Source: Myxococcota bacterium
Lineage (GTDB): Bacteria > Myxococcota_A > UBA796 > UBA2385
Length of the DNA stretch: 64,000 bases
Assembly (NCBI GenBank): GCA_044344255.1
Contig: JBIJDH010000027.1
Coordinates: 24,630 to 88,629 of the forward strand
Direction: 5' to 3'
Shown: positions 18,465 through 27,909 of the stretch, one piece after another
Layout: every line of letters starts with the position of its first letter
How positions within the stretch are numbered: position 1 is the first letter of the stretch
Notes under the pieces: model-generated
What the model was told of the DNA's origin: nothing
The model's database searches: none
What the model saw: only the letters and a program-made list of their open reading frames with translations
Program-made: the position numbers and the translations under genes

Positions 18465-21134
18465 ATGCCGAAGAAGCTGTTCCTGGTCGATGGCTCCAAC
18501 CAAGCCTTCCGCGCCTACTTCGCCATCATGGGCGACATGCGCTCCGCCGACGGCTTCCCGACGAAGGCCCTCTTCGGCTTCGCCTCCATGATCCAGCGCA
18601 TCAGTCGAGAGCTGAAGCCGGACTACCTGATCGTGGTCTTCGATCGCGGGCTCTCCTTCCGGAACGAGCTGTACCCCGACTACAAGGGGCAGCGCCCCGA
18701 CATGCCCGAAGATCTGCGCCTTCAATGGCCAGAATTCGAGCCTTTCTGCGAAGAATGGGGTATCAAGGCCAGCTCCATCGTGGGCTTCGAGGCCGACGAC
18801 ATCATCGGCACCCTCGCGGTCCGCTACGCCAGCCCCGAGGTCCACGTCCGCATCGTGAGCAGCGACAAGGACTTCTGTCAGCTCGTCAACGAGCACATCC
18901 ACGTCCTCGATCTCGCGAAGGACGAGGTGCTCGACCCCGCGAAGGTGGTCGAGAAGTGGGGCGTGCCCGCCGACAAGATCATCGACCTCCTCTCCCTCAT
19001 GGGCGACAGCTCCGACAACGTGCCCGGCGTCGCCGGGGTCGGCGAGAAGAAGGCGGCCAAGTTCATCCAGACCTACGGCTCGGCGGAGGCGGTGCTCGAC
19101 AACGCGTCGAAGATCGGGGGCAAGACCGGAGAGACCCTCGCGGCCTCCCGCGAGATCGTCGCCCTCGCGCGCCAGCTCGTGACCATCCACAAGGACGTCC
19201 CGCTCTCCTTCGGCCTCGAAGACCTCGCCCCCCGAAGGCCCGACTATCCCGCCCTCGAAGCGCGCTTGAAACGATACAATTTCAAGCGCATGCTCACGGC
19301 TGTCCAAGCAGAGCTCGGCGCGGACGCGGTGGTCTCTGCGGGCCTCGATCGGTCGAAGTACCGGAGCATCACCTCCCCGGAGGCCCTGGCCGAGCTCGTC
19401 TCCACCTTGAGGGCCGCGGGGCGCTTCGCCTACGACAGCGAGACCACCTCGCTCGATCCTCAGAAGGCCGAGATCGTCGGGATGAGCTTCTCGTGGAGCG
19501 CGGACTTCGGCGTCTACGTGCCGATCGGCCACCTCCCCGGCCCCAGCGGGGCCCCGCCGAACTGCCCCGGCGCCCTCGAGGCCCTCGCCCCGCTCCTCGC
19601 GGATCCCACCCTCAAGAAGACCGGTCAGAACCTAAAGTATGACCTCTCGGTCCTCAGGGCCCGTGGCCTCGAGCTCGCAGGGATCGACGGCGACACCATG
19701 ATCGCCGACTACCTGCTCGACGTGGACCGCAAGCACGGCCTGGACGAGCTCGCCCTGCGCTACCTCGACCACAAGATGATCGCCTTCAAGGACGTCACCG
19801 CCCTCTTCGACGGCGAGTTCTGCCGGGTGAGCGTCGACCGCGCCACGGAGTACGCGGCGGAGGACGCCCACGTCGCCTGGCTGCTCGACGAGAAGCTCGT
19901 GCTCGGCCCGTTGGACACCCTCTACCGCACCATTGAGCTGCCGCTGATCCCCGTCCTCGCCGACATGGAGCTGAAGGGGATCCGGGTGGACGTGCCGGCG
20001 CTGCAGGCCCTCTCGAAGGAGCTCGAGGGGCGGCTGCAGATCGCGATCGAGGCGGTCTACGCCGAGGCAGGCGAGACCTTCAACCTCAACTCGACGCAGC
20101 AGCTCGCGGTCATCCTCTTCGAGAAGCGCGGCCTCGCCGCCGGGAAAAAGACGAAGACGGGCTACTCCACTGACGCCGACACCCTCGACAAGCTTGCCGC
20201 CGAGGGGGACAAGCTCTGCCAGCTCATGCTCGACTACCGGGAGCTCGCCAAGCTCAAGAGCACCTACGTCGACGCCCTGCCGAAGACGGTCTCCACGCTC
20301 GATCAGCGCATCCACTCCTCCTTCCACCAGGCCGTGGCGGCCACGGGTCGCTTGAGCTCGAACGAGCCGAACCTCCAGAACATCCCCATCCGGACCCCGG
20401 AGGGCCGCCGAATCAGAGCCTGCTTCATCCCCGATCCCGGCTACCGCTTCGTCTCCGCCGACTACTCCCAGATCGAGCTCCGCGTCCTCGCCCACTTCTG
20501 CGGGGAGGGGCCGCTGGTGGAGGCCTTCAAGACCGGCCAGGACATCCACCGCCGCACCGCCGCCGAGATCTTCGGGGTCGCGCCGGCCCTCGTGAGCGCC
20601 GAGCAGAGGCGAGCCGCCAAGGCGATCAATTTCGGGATCGTCTACGGGATGAGCGCCTTCCGCCTCGGCAATGACCTCCGCATCTCCCGCAAGGTCGCCC
20701 AGGAGTATATCGACGGCTACTTCGCTCGTTATCCGCAGGTGAAGGCCTACATGGAACGCGCGATCGAGCAGGCCAAGTCGCGGGGGTACGCCGAGACCCT
20801 CTTCGGGCGACGGCGGCCGGTGCGTGGCCTCGACGCCCGCAGCCCCGTCGATCGAGGAGCCGCCGAGCGGATCGCCATCAACACCCCCGTGCAGGGCACC
20901 GCCGCCGACCTCATCAAGCTCGCGATGATCCGCGTCCACGAGCGCCTCCGCGCCGACTTCCCGCAGAGCCGCTTGTTGCTGCAGGTCCACGACGAGCTCG
21001 TGCTCGAGGTGCCGGAGGCCGACGTGTCGGCCGTACGCGAGGCGGTCGCCGCGGAGATGGCCGCGGTGGCCGAGCTCATCGTGCCCCTCGTCGCCGACAC
21101 CGGCGTGGGAGACACCTGGGACGCCGCCCACTGA
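18465..21134 (+). CDS. polA: DNA polymerase I
   Basis: 5'-3' exonuclease (LFLVDG, YKGQR, EADD), 3'-5' exonuclease (DSETT), polymerase motifs TGRLSS, DYSQIELR, KAINFG, QVHDEL. Confidence 0.98.
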   Translation: MPKKLFLVDGSNQAFRAYFAIMGDMRSADGFPTKALFGFASMIQRISRELKPDYLIVVFDRGLSFRNELYPDYKGQRPDMPEDLRLQWPEFEPFCEEWGIKASSIVGFEADDIIGTLAVRYASPEVHVRIVSSDKDFCQLVNEHIHVLDLAKDEVLDPAKVVEKWGVPADKIIDLLSLMGDSSDNVPGVAGVGEKKAAKFIQTYGSAEAVLDNASKIGGKTGETLAASREIVALARQLVTIHKDVPLSFGLEDLAPRRPDYPALEARLKRYNFKRMLTAVQAELGADAVVSAGLDRSKYRSITSPEALAELVSTLRAAGRFAYDSETTSLDPQKAEIVGMSFSWSADFGVYVPIGHLPGPSGAPPNCPGALEALAPLLADPTLKKTGQNLKYDLSVLRARGLELAGIDGDTMIADYLLDVDRKHGLDELALRYLDHKMIAFKDVTALFDGEFCRVSVDRATEYAAEDAHVAWLLDEKLVLGPLDTLYRTIELPLIPVLADMELKGIRVDVPALQALSKELEGRLQIAIEAVYAEAGETFNLNSTQQLAVILFEKRGLAAGKKTKTGYSTDADTLDKLAAEGDKLCQLMLDYRELAKLKSTYVDALPKTVSTLDQRIHSSFHQAVAATGRLSSNEPNLQNIPIRTPEGRRIRACFIPDPGYRFVSADYSQIELRVLAHFCGEGPLVEAFKTGQDIHRRTAAEIFGVAPALVSAEQRRAAKAINFGIVYGMSAFRLGNDLRISRKVAQEYIDGYFARYPQVKAYMERAIEQAKSRGYAETLFGRRRPVRGLDARSPVDRGAAERIAINTPVQGTAADLIKLAMIRVHERLRADFPQSRLLLQVHDELVLEVPEADVSAVREAVAAEMAAVAELIVPLVADTGVGDTWDAAH

Positions 21135-21284
21135 GCTGGGGGCTGCAGGCCGAGCCCGGCTCTGTCCGACGCGCTCCAGCAGCCGCAGCCCACCCCTTCC
21201 GCGCTATGCTTGCCCTCCCCTCCCGGGAGGCACCCCGCAGGTGGTCCCCGCCTCGAAGGGCGGGCGGCCGCAGGAGTCTGGTTG

Positions 21285-22034
21285 ATGTCCTCGATCGTCG
21301 CGATGCTCCCCGCCTGGACCGGTCCTTGGGTCGACCTCTGGCCCGCGCTCGCCCTCCTCCCGCTCTTCGGCGCCGCTCAGCAGGACGACGACCCGCTCGA
21401 TCTCGAGGGCGACCTCAAGGGCGAGCCCGGGGGCCCCGACGCGCCCGAGCCCGTCGGCGACTGGAAGCACGATCCCGACCACGAGATCGTGCGGGCGGTC
21501 CTCGACGGCGACGCTGCGGCCTACCGCGGCCTCGTCGAGCGGTATCAGAATCGAATTTATGGCGTCTGTTTCGGCATGACCCGAAATCGAGAAGACGCGC
21601 GCGACATGGCGCAGGAGGCCTTCGTCAAGGCCTACCGCAACCTCAACCGGTTCCGCTTCGGCTCGAGCTTCTACACCTGGCTCTGCCGCATCGCGATGAA
21701 CGTCTCGATCGACCACCTCCGCCGCATGCGCGTCCGCCGCACCGAGGCCCTCGAAGAGAACGACGACGGCGGAGACGGGGACGGCGTGATCCACGTCGCC
21801 CACCACCGCGGCGACCCCGGCAAGAACCTGGAGCGGAAGCGCCTGCACGGGCGCATCCTCGACGCCCTCGGCGAGCTGCCGGAGGAGCAGCGTCAGGCGG
21901 TGGTGCTCCGCGAGATGGAGGGCCTCTCTTATAAGGAAATTGCAGAGGTCATGGGCATCCCCGAGGGCACGGTGATGAGCCGCCTGTTCTACGCGAGGAA
22001 GAAGCTCCAGGCCGCGCTCGCTGAGGAGCGATGA
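21285..22034 (+). CDS. ECF RNA polymerase sigma factor (RpoE-like) with N-terminal extension
   Basis: DMAQEAFVKAY, FYTWLCRIAMN, GLSYKEIAEVMGIPEGTVMSRL; start uncertain. Confidence 0.93.
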   Translation: MSSIVAMLPAWTGPWVDLWPALALLPLFGAAQQDDDPLDLEGDLKGEPGGPDAPEPVGDWKHDPDHEIVRAVLDGDAAAYRGLVERYQNRIYGVCFGMTRNREDARDMAQEAFVKAYRNLNRFRFGSSFYTWLCRIAMNVSIDHLRRMRVRRTEALEENDDGGDGDGVIHVAHHRGDPGKNLERKRLHGRILDALGELPEEQRQAVVLREMEGLSYKEIAEVMGIPEGTVMSRLFYARKKLQAALAEER

Positions 22035-22135
22035 GAGATGGCGCCGATCCCCGCTCAGGTGTTGAATGAGCCCATTCGGACGGCGTCCGAGGATCGGGCG
22101 ACCCCCTCGCCGCCCCCATCTCCCTTGAGCCCCGG

Positions 22136-23122
22136 GTGCTCCCCGTGACCCTCGACCCCACCGCGCTCCTGCGCACCCGCGCCGCCGATGGCCTCGCCTC
22201 CGCCGAAGAGCGCTCGCGGCTGCTCGACCTGGGCTACGACCCCGATGAGTGGGCCGCCGGCCGGGCCCTCACCCGCACGCTCCTCCTCGCCGACGACAGC
22301 CCCGAGCTCGCCGACGACGTCCTGAAGGCGCTCGGCATCGAGGAGACACGCCCCTCCCTTCGGGAGCTCCTCCGCGCCCTCTCTCCGGAGGCCGAGGCGC
22401 CGGAGCTCGCCCCCGATGTGCTGCTCGCCCTCGGCGTACCCCCGCCCCCCGTCTCCGTCGCGCTCGCCCTCCGCCACGCCGCCGCGGGCGCCCCGGAGCT
22501 CGCCGACGACGTGCTGGTCGCGCTCGGCATCGCCGAAGCCGCCCTCCCCGTCGAGGCGGCGATCCGGGCCCGCGCCGGCGCCGCGCCGGATCTCACCCTC
22601 TCGATCTCGGCGGCGCTTGGCTTGGACAACCCCGGGGCCCTGGTCGCCCAGGCCCTCCGCGCCGAGCAGGGTGCCCCGCCCGCCCTCTGGGGGGCCGTCG
22701 CGCAGGGGCTCGGCCTTGAGGCCCCCTCGCAGGTGGTCACGGTCTCCGAGGCGGTCACCGCGCCCGCCGGCCCGCTCCGCCTGGTGCACTCCACCCGCGC
22801 TGTCGCCCCTCTCCCATCGCAGCCCGCGGGCCAACCCGCCCGCGCCGCCCGTCGGGAGGGGTGGTCCCTGCCGATGGCAGGTATGCTCGCCGCCGCGATG
22901 CTCCTCTTCTTCTTCACCGGCAACCCGCTGGTCCCCGTCGCGGAGGGCCCGGTCGCCTTCCACATCTCTGCGGTGAACGACGTGGACATCGAAGAGCTCT
23001 CCACGGGCTCAGGAACCGAGGTCGTCGTGCTCAAGTTTGACGCAGATGCGCCCACCATCATCTTCATCGAGACCGCCGACGAGGGCAGCACCCCGTCTGA
23101 CGAAGGAGGGGCCACGCTGTGA
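22136..23122 (+). CDS. Probable membrane anti-sigma factor with internal helical repeats
   Basis: Follows the ECF sigma; one TM helix (GMLAAAMLLFFF); repeats xPELAxDVLxALG; small acidic C-terminal domain. Confidence 0.7.
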   Translation: MLPVTLDPTALLRTRAADGLASAEERSRLLDLGYDPDEWAAGRALTRTLLLADDSPELADDVLKALGIEETRPSLRELLRALSPEAEAPELAPDVLLALGVPPPPVSVALALRHAAAGAPELADDVLVALGIAEAALPVEAAIRARAGAAPDLTLSISAALGLDNPGALVAQALRAEQGAPPALWGAVAQGLGLEAPSQVVTVSEAVTAPAGPLRLVHSTRAVAPLPSQPAGQPARAARREGWSLPMAGMLAAAMLLFFFTGNPLVPVAEGPVAFHISAVNDVDIEELSTGSGTEVVVLKFDADAPTIIFIETADEGSTPSDEGGATL

Positions 23123-23595
23123 CCCACCACCTCTTCAAGCTCATGCTCGCCGCCCTCCTCCTCGGGGGCATCGTCCACACGCCAGCCGCGCAGGCCGAGG
23201 AGCGCTCTGGCAGCACCGCCCGCGCAGGCAAGGTGAACCTCCAGGTGATGGTGATCTACGCCACCACCGCGCACAAGAAGGTCGACGCCAAGCTCTCGCA
23301 GGTGACGCGCTACCTCAATCACCTGAAGTACACCGGCTACGAGCTGCTCCAGAGCGAGAGCATGCAGATCGGCCTCAACGGGAGCGAGAGCTTCACATTG
23401 GCCAACGGCCAGCAGGCGAAGGTCACGGTCCTGTCCAAGGACGAAAAGCGGGTCAACGTCCGGATGGAGATCACCAACGGCAAGTCCAAGGTGCTCGACA
23501 CCACCCTCTCCGTGAACCGCGACGGCAGCTTCATCGTCGCCGGCCCTCGGTTCAAGGATGGCATCCTCGTGCTCCCGGTCACCGCCAAGTACTGA
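23119..23595 (+). CDS. Hypothetical exported basic protein
   Basis: Signal peptide ending AQA; GTGA coupling to the anti-sigma gene. Confidence 0.75.
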   Translation: MTHHLFKLMLAALLLGGIVHTPAAQAEERSGSTARAGKVNLQVMVIYATTAHKKVDAKLSQVTRYLNHLKYTGYELLQSESMQIGLNGSESFTLANGQQAKVTVLSKDEKRVNVRMEITNGKSKVLDTTLSVNRDGSFIVAGPRFKDGILVLPVTAKY

Positions 23596-23611
23596 GGGGG
23601 CCTGCGCTCGT

Positions 23612-23950
23612 ATGACCATCTTCGACCGCATCATCCGTCGGGAGATCCCCGCGACCATCGTCTACGAAACAGAAGACGTCCTCGCCTTCCGAGACGTCAA
23701 CCCCGTCGCGCCTGTCCACGTCCTGGTCATCCCAAAGAAGCCCATCGTGAACCTCGCCGGCGCGGAGGCCTCCGATCTAGAAGTCCTCGGCAAGCTGATG
23801 CTCGCCGCCGCCGAAGTCGCCCGACAAGAGGGCCTCGAGGCGGGCGGCTTCCGTGTCGTCACCAATTCCGGCGCCGGAGCCGGGCAGAGCGTGTTTCACC
23901 TGCACCTCCACGTCATCGGCGGGCGCCCGCTGCGGTGGCCGCCGGGCTGA
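23612..23950 (+). CDS. hinT: HIT family nucleotide-binding protein
   Basis: TIFDRII, FRDVNP, HLHLHV triad, WPPG C-terminus. Confidence 0.93.
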   Translation: MTIFDRIIRREIPATIVYETEDVLAFRDVNPVAPVHVLVIPKKPIVNLAGAEASDLEVLGKLMLAAAEVARQEGLEAGGFRVVTNSGAGAGQSVFHLHLHVIGGRPLRWPPG

Positions 23951-24036
23951 GCGCCGAGCCCCTGCGCGCGGAACGTCGAGGGAGCCCGGGCGGCGGCGGT
24001 ATTCCCTGCTAAGGTGACCTCCCGGTGGAGGCCGCC

Positions 24037-25914
24037 ATGTCCGTATCTCGCCCCGTCCTGCTCCTACTCACCCTGCTGGGCGCCTGCTCGGACTACGAGC
24101 TGAACCCCAAGGAGGACGCCCTCCCAGGGCGGGACACGAACACGCCCGACGACGAGGACACCGGCCCCGACTCCGTGATCGTCGACGCTTGCAATGGCGT
24201 CGACGAGCCGCCGGTGGGTGATGTGTCGCTGAACACCGAGTGCGAGGTCGAGCTCAGCACAGGCACCTTCACCCCGCAAGTGGAGTGGACTTACGGTTCG
24301 AGCGCGTACTGCGGGCCGGCCGGCGTCGCCCAGACGATGGACACGAACGGCAGCGGCGGCATCGACGACGACGACCTCCCCCTCGTCTTCATCTACCAGA
24401 ACCAGCGGGTGGTGGCCCTCTACGGAGACTCCGGCAGCGTCGCCTGGACCACGTCTGGCGCCTACGGTCAGGACGGCGGCTTCGCGATCGGCGACGTCGA
24501 CGACGACGGGTGGCCCGACGTCGTCACCGCCGATGGCAGCAAGGTCTGTGCCCTCGAGGGCGACACGGGCTCCGAGAAGTGGTGCCGGAACGGCCTCTCC
24601 GACAGCCTTGACCCGCTCGGGTACAGCTACCCCTCGATCGCCGACATGGACGGTGACGGCAAGCCCGAGGTGACCGCCGGCCGCACCATCCTGAACGGAC
24701 TGGACGGGACGGTGCGCGGGCAGGGCGACTACGGCATCGGCGCCGCCCCCTACGGCGGCTCTCCGGGCTCTTTCTACGGAGCGGTGAGCGTGCCCATCGA
24801 CCTCGATGGCGACGGACAGCTCGAGCTCGTGACCGGCAACGCCGCCTATGACGTGGACGGCAACACCATCTGGGCCAACGGCGGCCTGGATGGCCTCGTC
24901 GCGATCGCAGACTTCGACGGCGACGGTCAGGGCGAGATCGTGAAGACCACGGGGATCTATGTTTACGGCATGGAGACCGACGGGACCGAGGTCTGGGGGC
25001 CGATCACCTTCTCCGGGAACCTCGGCGCGCCGGCCGCTGACGACATGGACGGAGACGGCCTCCCTGAGTTTGTCTTCGCGGCCCAGAACAAGCTCATCGC
25101 GATGCACTGGGACCAGACCCTCCTCTGGCGCGCCGACATCTCGGACGCCTCCGGCGCCGCCGGCCCGACCCTCTTTGACTTCGAGATGGACGGATACCCC
25201 GAGGTGCTCTACGCCGACGAGACGAGCGTGCGCTTCTTCTCCGGCCTCGACGGGTCCGTGAAGTACCAGAGCAACGAGCACGGCAGCTACACCATCCTCG
25301 AGACGCCGGTGGTCGCCGATGTAGACGGCGACGACCAGGTAGAGATCGTAGTCGGTCACTGCGACGCCTTCTCCAGCTACACCGGCGTGACCGTCTACGG
25401 TGACGCAGACCAGACCTGGCCGCCCGGCCGGAAGATCTGGAACCAGCACGCCTACTACATCACCAACGTCGGTGACCACGGCGAGATCCCCTCACCCACC
25501 GCCAACAACTACAGCCTCTACAACAGCTTCCGATCGGGCGACGTGGGCCGCCCGCCCTCCGAGTATTGGGATCTCACCACCGAGATCCTCGATGTGTGCG
25601 AGGACGAGTGTGACGACGGAAAGGTCTACGTCGCGGCGCGCGTGGCCAACAACGGCAACATCGAGGCCCCCGCCGGCCTGCCGGTGAGCCTGCGGGCGGG
25701 GGCGGGCGGGCCCATCCTCGACAGCGTGCTCACCACCGCCGTCATCCCCTCTGGGAAGACGGGCGAGCTCCTCCGCTTCGAGGTGGACGCCGGGTCGATC
25801 GGCGGGACGGTGCCCATCGTCACCGCAGACGAGGACCTGACCGGCGGCAGCGCCATCTTCGAGTGTGACGAGGGCAACAACGCGGGCGCCTGGAGCGACA
25901 CCGTCTGCAACTGA
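24037..25914 (+). CDS. FG-GAP/VCBS-repeat beta-propeller lipoprotein
   Basis: Lipobox LGAC; many DxDGDG repeats; WNQHAY; Ig/CARDB-like C-terminus. Confidence 0.85.
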   Translation: MSVSRPVLLLLTLLGACSDYELNPKEDALPGRDTNTPDDEDTGPDSVIVDACNGVDEPPVGDVSLNTECEVELSTGTFTPQVEWTYGSSAYCGPAGVAQTMDTNGSGGIDDDDLPLVFIYQNQRVVALYGDSGSVAWTTSGAYGQDGGFAIGDVDDDGWPDVVTADGSKVCALEGDTGSEKWCRNGLSDSLDPLGYSYPSIADMDGDGKPEVTAGRTILNGLDGTVRGQGDYGIGAAPYGGSPGSFYGAVSVPIDLDGDGQLELVTGNAAYDVDGNTIWANGGLDGLVAIADFDGDGQGEIVKTTGIYVYGMETDGTEVWGPITFSGNLGAPAADDMDGDGLPEFVFAAQNKLIAMHWDQTLLWRADISDASGAAGPTLFDFEMDGYPEVLYADETSVRFFSGLDGSVKYQSNEHGSYTILETPVVADVDGDDQVEIVVGHCDAFSSYTGVTVYGDADQTWPPGRKIWNQHAYYITNVGDHGEIPSPTANNYSLYNSFRSGDVGRPPSEYWDLTTEILDVCEDECDDGKVYVAARVANNGNIEAPAGLPVSLRAGAGGPILDSVLTTAVIPSGKTGELLRFEVDAGSIGGTVPIVTADEDLTGGSAIFECDEGNNAGAWSDTVCN

Positions 25915-25937
25915 GCCCTCGGGCTCCGCAGGCGCGC

Positions 25938-27890
25938 TTACAGGCCGGCGCCGAAGAAGACCTCGACGGAGCCGGCATCATCACCGCGATCGGAGTTTCC
26001 GGGCGCGCCGATCAAGAGGTCGCGGTAGCCGTCCCCGCCGAGGTCAGCGCCGAGCGAGAGGGCGGCGCCGGACTCCTCGTGGCGCTCGGTGCCCTCGAAG
26101 AAGGCGTCGGCGAACTTGAGCTCCACCGCCCCGGCCACCGGCCCGTAGAGGAGGTAGGTCATCCCGGAGGCGGTGCCGGCCTGATCCATGCCGGGCGCGC
26201 CAAATGCGAAGTCGAGCGCCCCGTCGGCGTTCACGTCGCCGCCGCCCGCCACGGCCGCGCCGGCCATGTCGTTGGTGAACTCACCGGCGAAGGTGACCGC
26301 GGCGACGCTGGCGTCGGTCACGCCGCTGAGCGGGCCGTAGAAGAGGTAGGCGCCGCCGACGTCGGAGCCGGCCTGATCGAGGCCGGGCGCGCCGGCGAGG
26401 AGGTCGGGCAGGCCGTCTCCGTTACAGTCACCCACGGCCGCCAGGGAGGCGCCGAGCTCGCTCTCGGCCTCAACCGCGTTGATCTCCGCATCGGCGTCGG
26501 AGAGGGAGGAGAGTGCGGTGCCGGGGCCATAGACCACCCACAGCCGCCCCTCCGAGCTGCGCTGCGGGGAGCCGAAGGCGAGGTCGTCGAGCCCATCCCC
26601 GTCGATGTCGCCGAGCGAGACAACAGCGGCGAGGTCGCCCGAGGCACCGCGGACCTCATGCCCGATCGCCTCCACCGAGCCGCCGCCGCCGAGCGGGCCC
26701 GAGATGAGGTAGACCGCGTCCTTCTCCGGCGCACCCACGACGAGGTCTGCGGCGCCGTCGCCGTTCAGGTCGCCCGCGGCCGCGGCGAGGTCAGCCCCCC
26801 CGGCGAGCGGCCCCACGAGCTTCCAGGGCAGGTCGAGCAGCGCGCCTCCCTCCTGGGGGCCGGTCCACAGCCAGACCGCGCCGGCCCCGCCCTCCGCGCC
26901 GGCCGAGCCGAGGGCCACGTCGCCGTAGCCGTCCCCGTCGATGTCACCTACGACAGCGAGGTCGGTGAGCGGGGCCTCGGCGGCGCCGATCCGGAGGGCA
27001 TCCACGGAGGAGAGGTCGAGCTCCCCGCCGATCGCCCCCTCCACCAGCGCCGCCGCGCCCACCCCGGCGTGGCCAGGGGCCAAGAGCACGAGGTCGCCCC
27101 GCCCGTCTCCGCCGAGGTCGCCTCGGCTGTCCAGGCGCTCACCGGCCCGATCGCTGTTCGCCACGCCGACGACGCGGGCGTCGGCAGCCTCGAGGGAGAG
27201 CGTCCCCTCGTAGAGGCAGCCCGCAGCGGTGCCGTCGCAGTCATCGTCGACGCCGTTCCCACACAGCTCCTCGGCGTCGGGGTGGACCGTCGCGACCGCG
27301 TCATCACAGTCCTCTGCGGAGAGCTCGGTGTAGGGCGCCTCGGCGAGGCAGAGGCAGAGCGTCTGCTCTCCGCCGTATCCGTCGGCGTCGAGGTCACCGT
27401 AGAAGGCGATGCAGCCGTCTGAGCCCTCGCCGTTGGCCTCCCCGTCACAGTCATCGTCGGCGAGGGTGGTGCAAGCCTCGGTGGCGCCCGGGTGAACGTC
27501 GGCGTCCACGTCGTCGCAGTCGGTGGTGTCTCCCACGAGCCCGGCGTCGTCTCCGCAGCTCAGCTCCGGGTGGTCGGGGTCGCCGAACCCATCCCCGTCC
27601 GCGTCTCGGTACAGGAGCTCCCCATCGGTGAGGCCGTCGTCCGCGGTGTCGACGAACCCATCACAGTCGTCGTCCTTGCCGTTACAGATCTCGGTCGCGC
27701 CGGGGAGCACTGCGCCGTCCGTGTCATCACAGTCCTCAGACGCCGGGACACCGTCCTGGTCTTCGTCGAGGGTGGGCAAGGTGGCCGCCTTGGATCCCTG
27801 GACCCCGCCCCCACAGCCCGTCAGGGAGGGAGCGGCCACGAGGAGCGCCACAGCGGAGACGACGGTGAAGGCAAGGCGGGGGGTGCTCAC
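25938..27890 (-). CDS. Lipoprotein with MopE-like Cys/Asp repeats and integrin-like FG-GAP propeller
   Basis: Lipobox LTGC; DCDD...HPGAxExC..DDDCDG repeats; GDxNGDGxxDLxVGAP repeats. Confidence 0.85.
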   Translation of the reverse strand: MSTPRLAFTVVSAVALLVAAPSLTGCGGGVQGSKAATLPTLDEDQDGVPASEDCDDTDGAVLPGATEICNGKDDDCDGFVDTADDGLTDGELLYRDADGDGFGDPDHPELSCGDDAGLVGDTTDCDDVDADVHPGATEACTTLADDDCDGEANGEGSDGCIAFYGDLDADGYGGEQTLCLCLAEAPYTELSAEDCDDAVATVHPDAEELCGNGVDDDCDGTAAGCLYEGTLSLEAADARVVGVANSDRAGERLDSRGDLGGDGRGDLVLLAPGHAGVGAAALVEGAIGGELDLSSVDALRIGAAEAPLTDLAVVGDIDGDGYGDVALGSAGAEGGAGAVWLWTGPQEGGALLDLPWKLVGPLAGGADLAAAAGDLNGDGAADLVVGAPEKDAVYLISGPLGGGGSVEAIGHEVRGASGDLAAVVSLGDIDGDGLDDLAFGSPQRSSEGRLWVVYGPGTALSSLSDADAEINAVEAESELGASLAAVGDCNGDGLPDLLAGAPGLDQAGSDVGGAYLFYGPLSGVTDASVAAVTFAGEFTNDMAGAAVAGGGDVNADGALDFAFGAPGMDQAGTASGMTYLLYGPVAGAVELKFADAFFEGTERHEESGAALSLGADLGGDGYRDLLIGAPGNSDRGDDAGSVEVFFGAGL

Positions 27891-27909
27891 GGGGCGCTCC
27901 GAGGGACCC

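Noticed and set aside
22067..22069. Selenocysteine codon
   Set aside because: No redox-motif context and no convincing SECIS hairpin immediately downstream.
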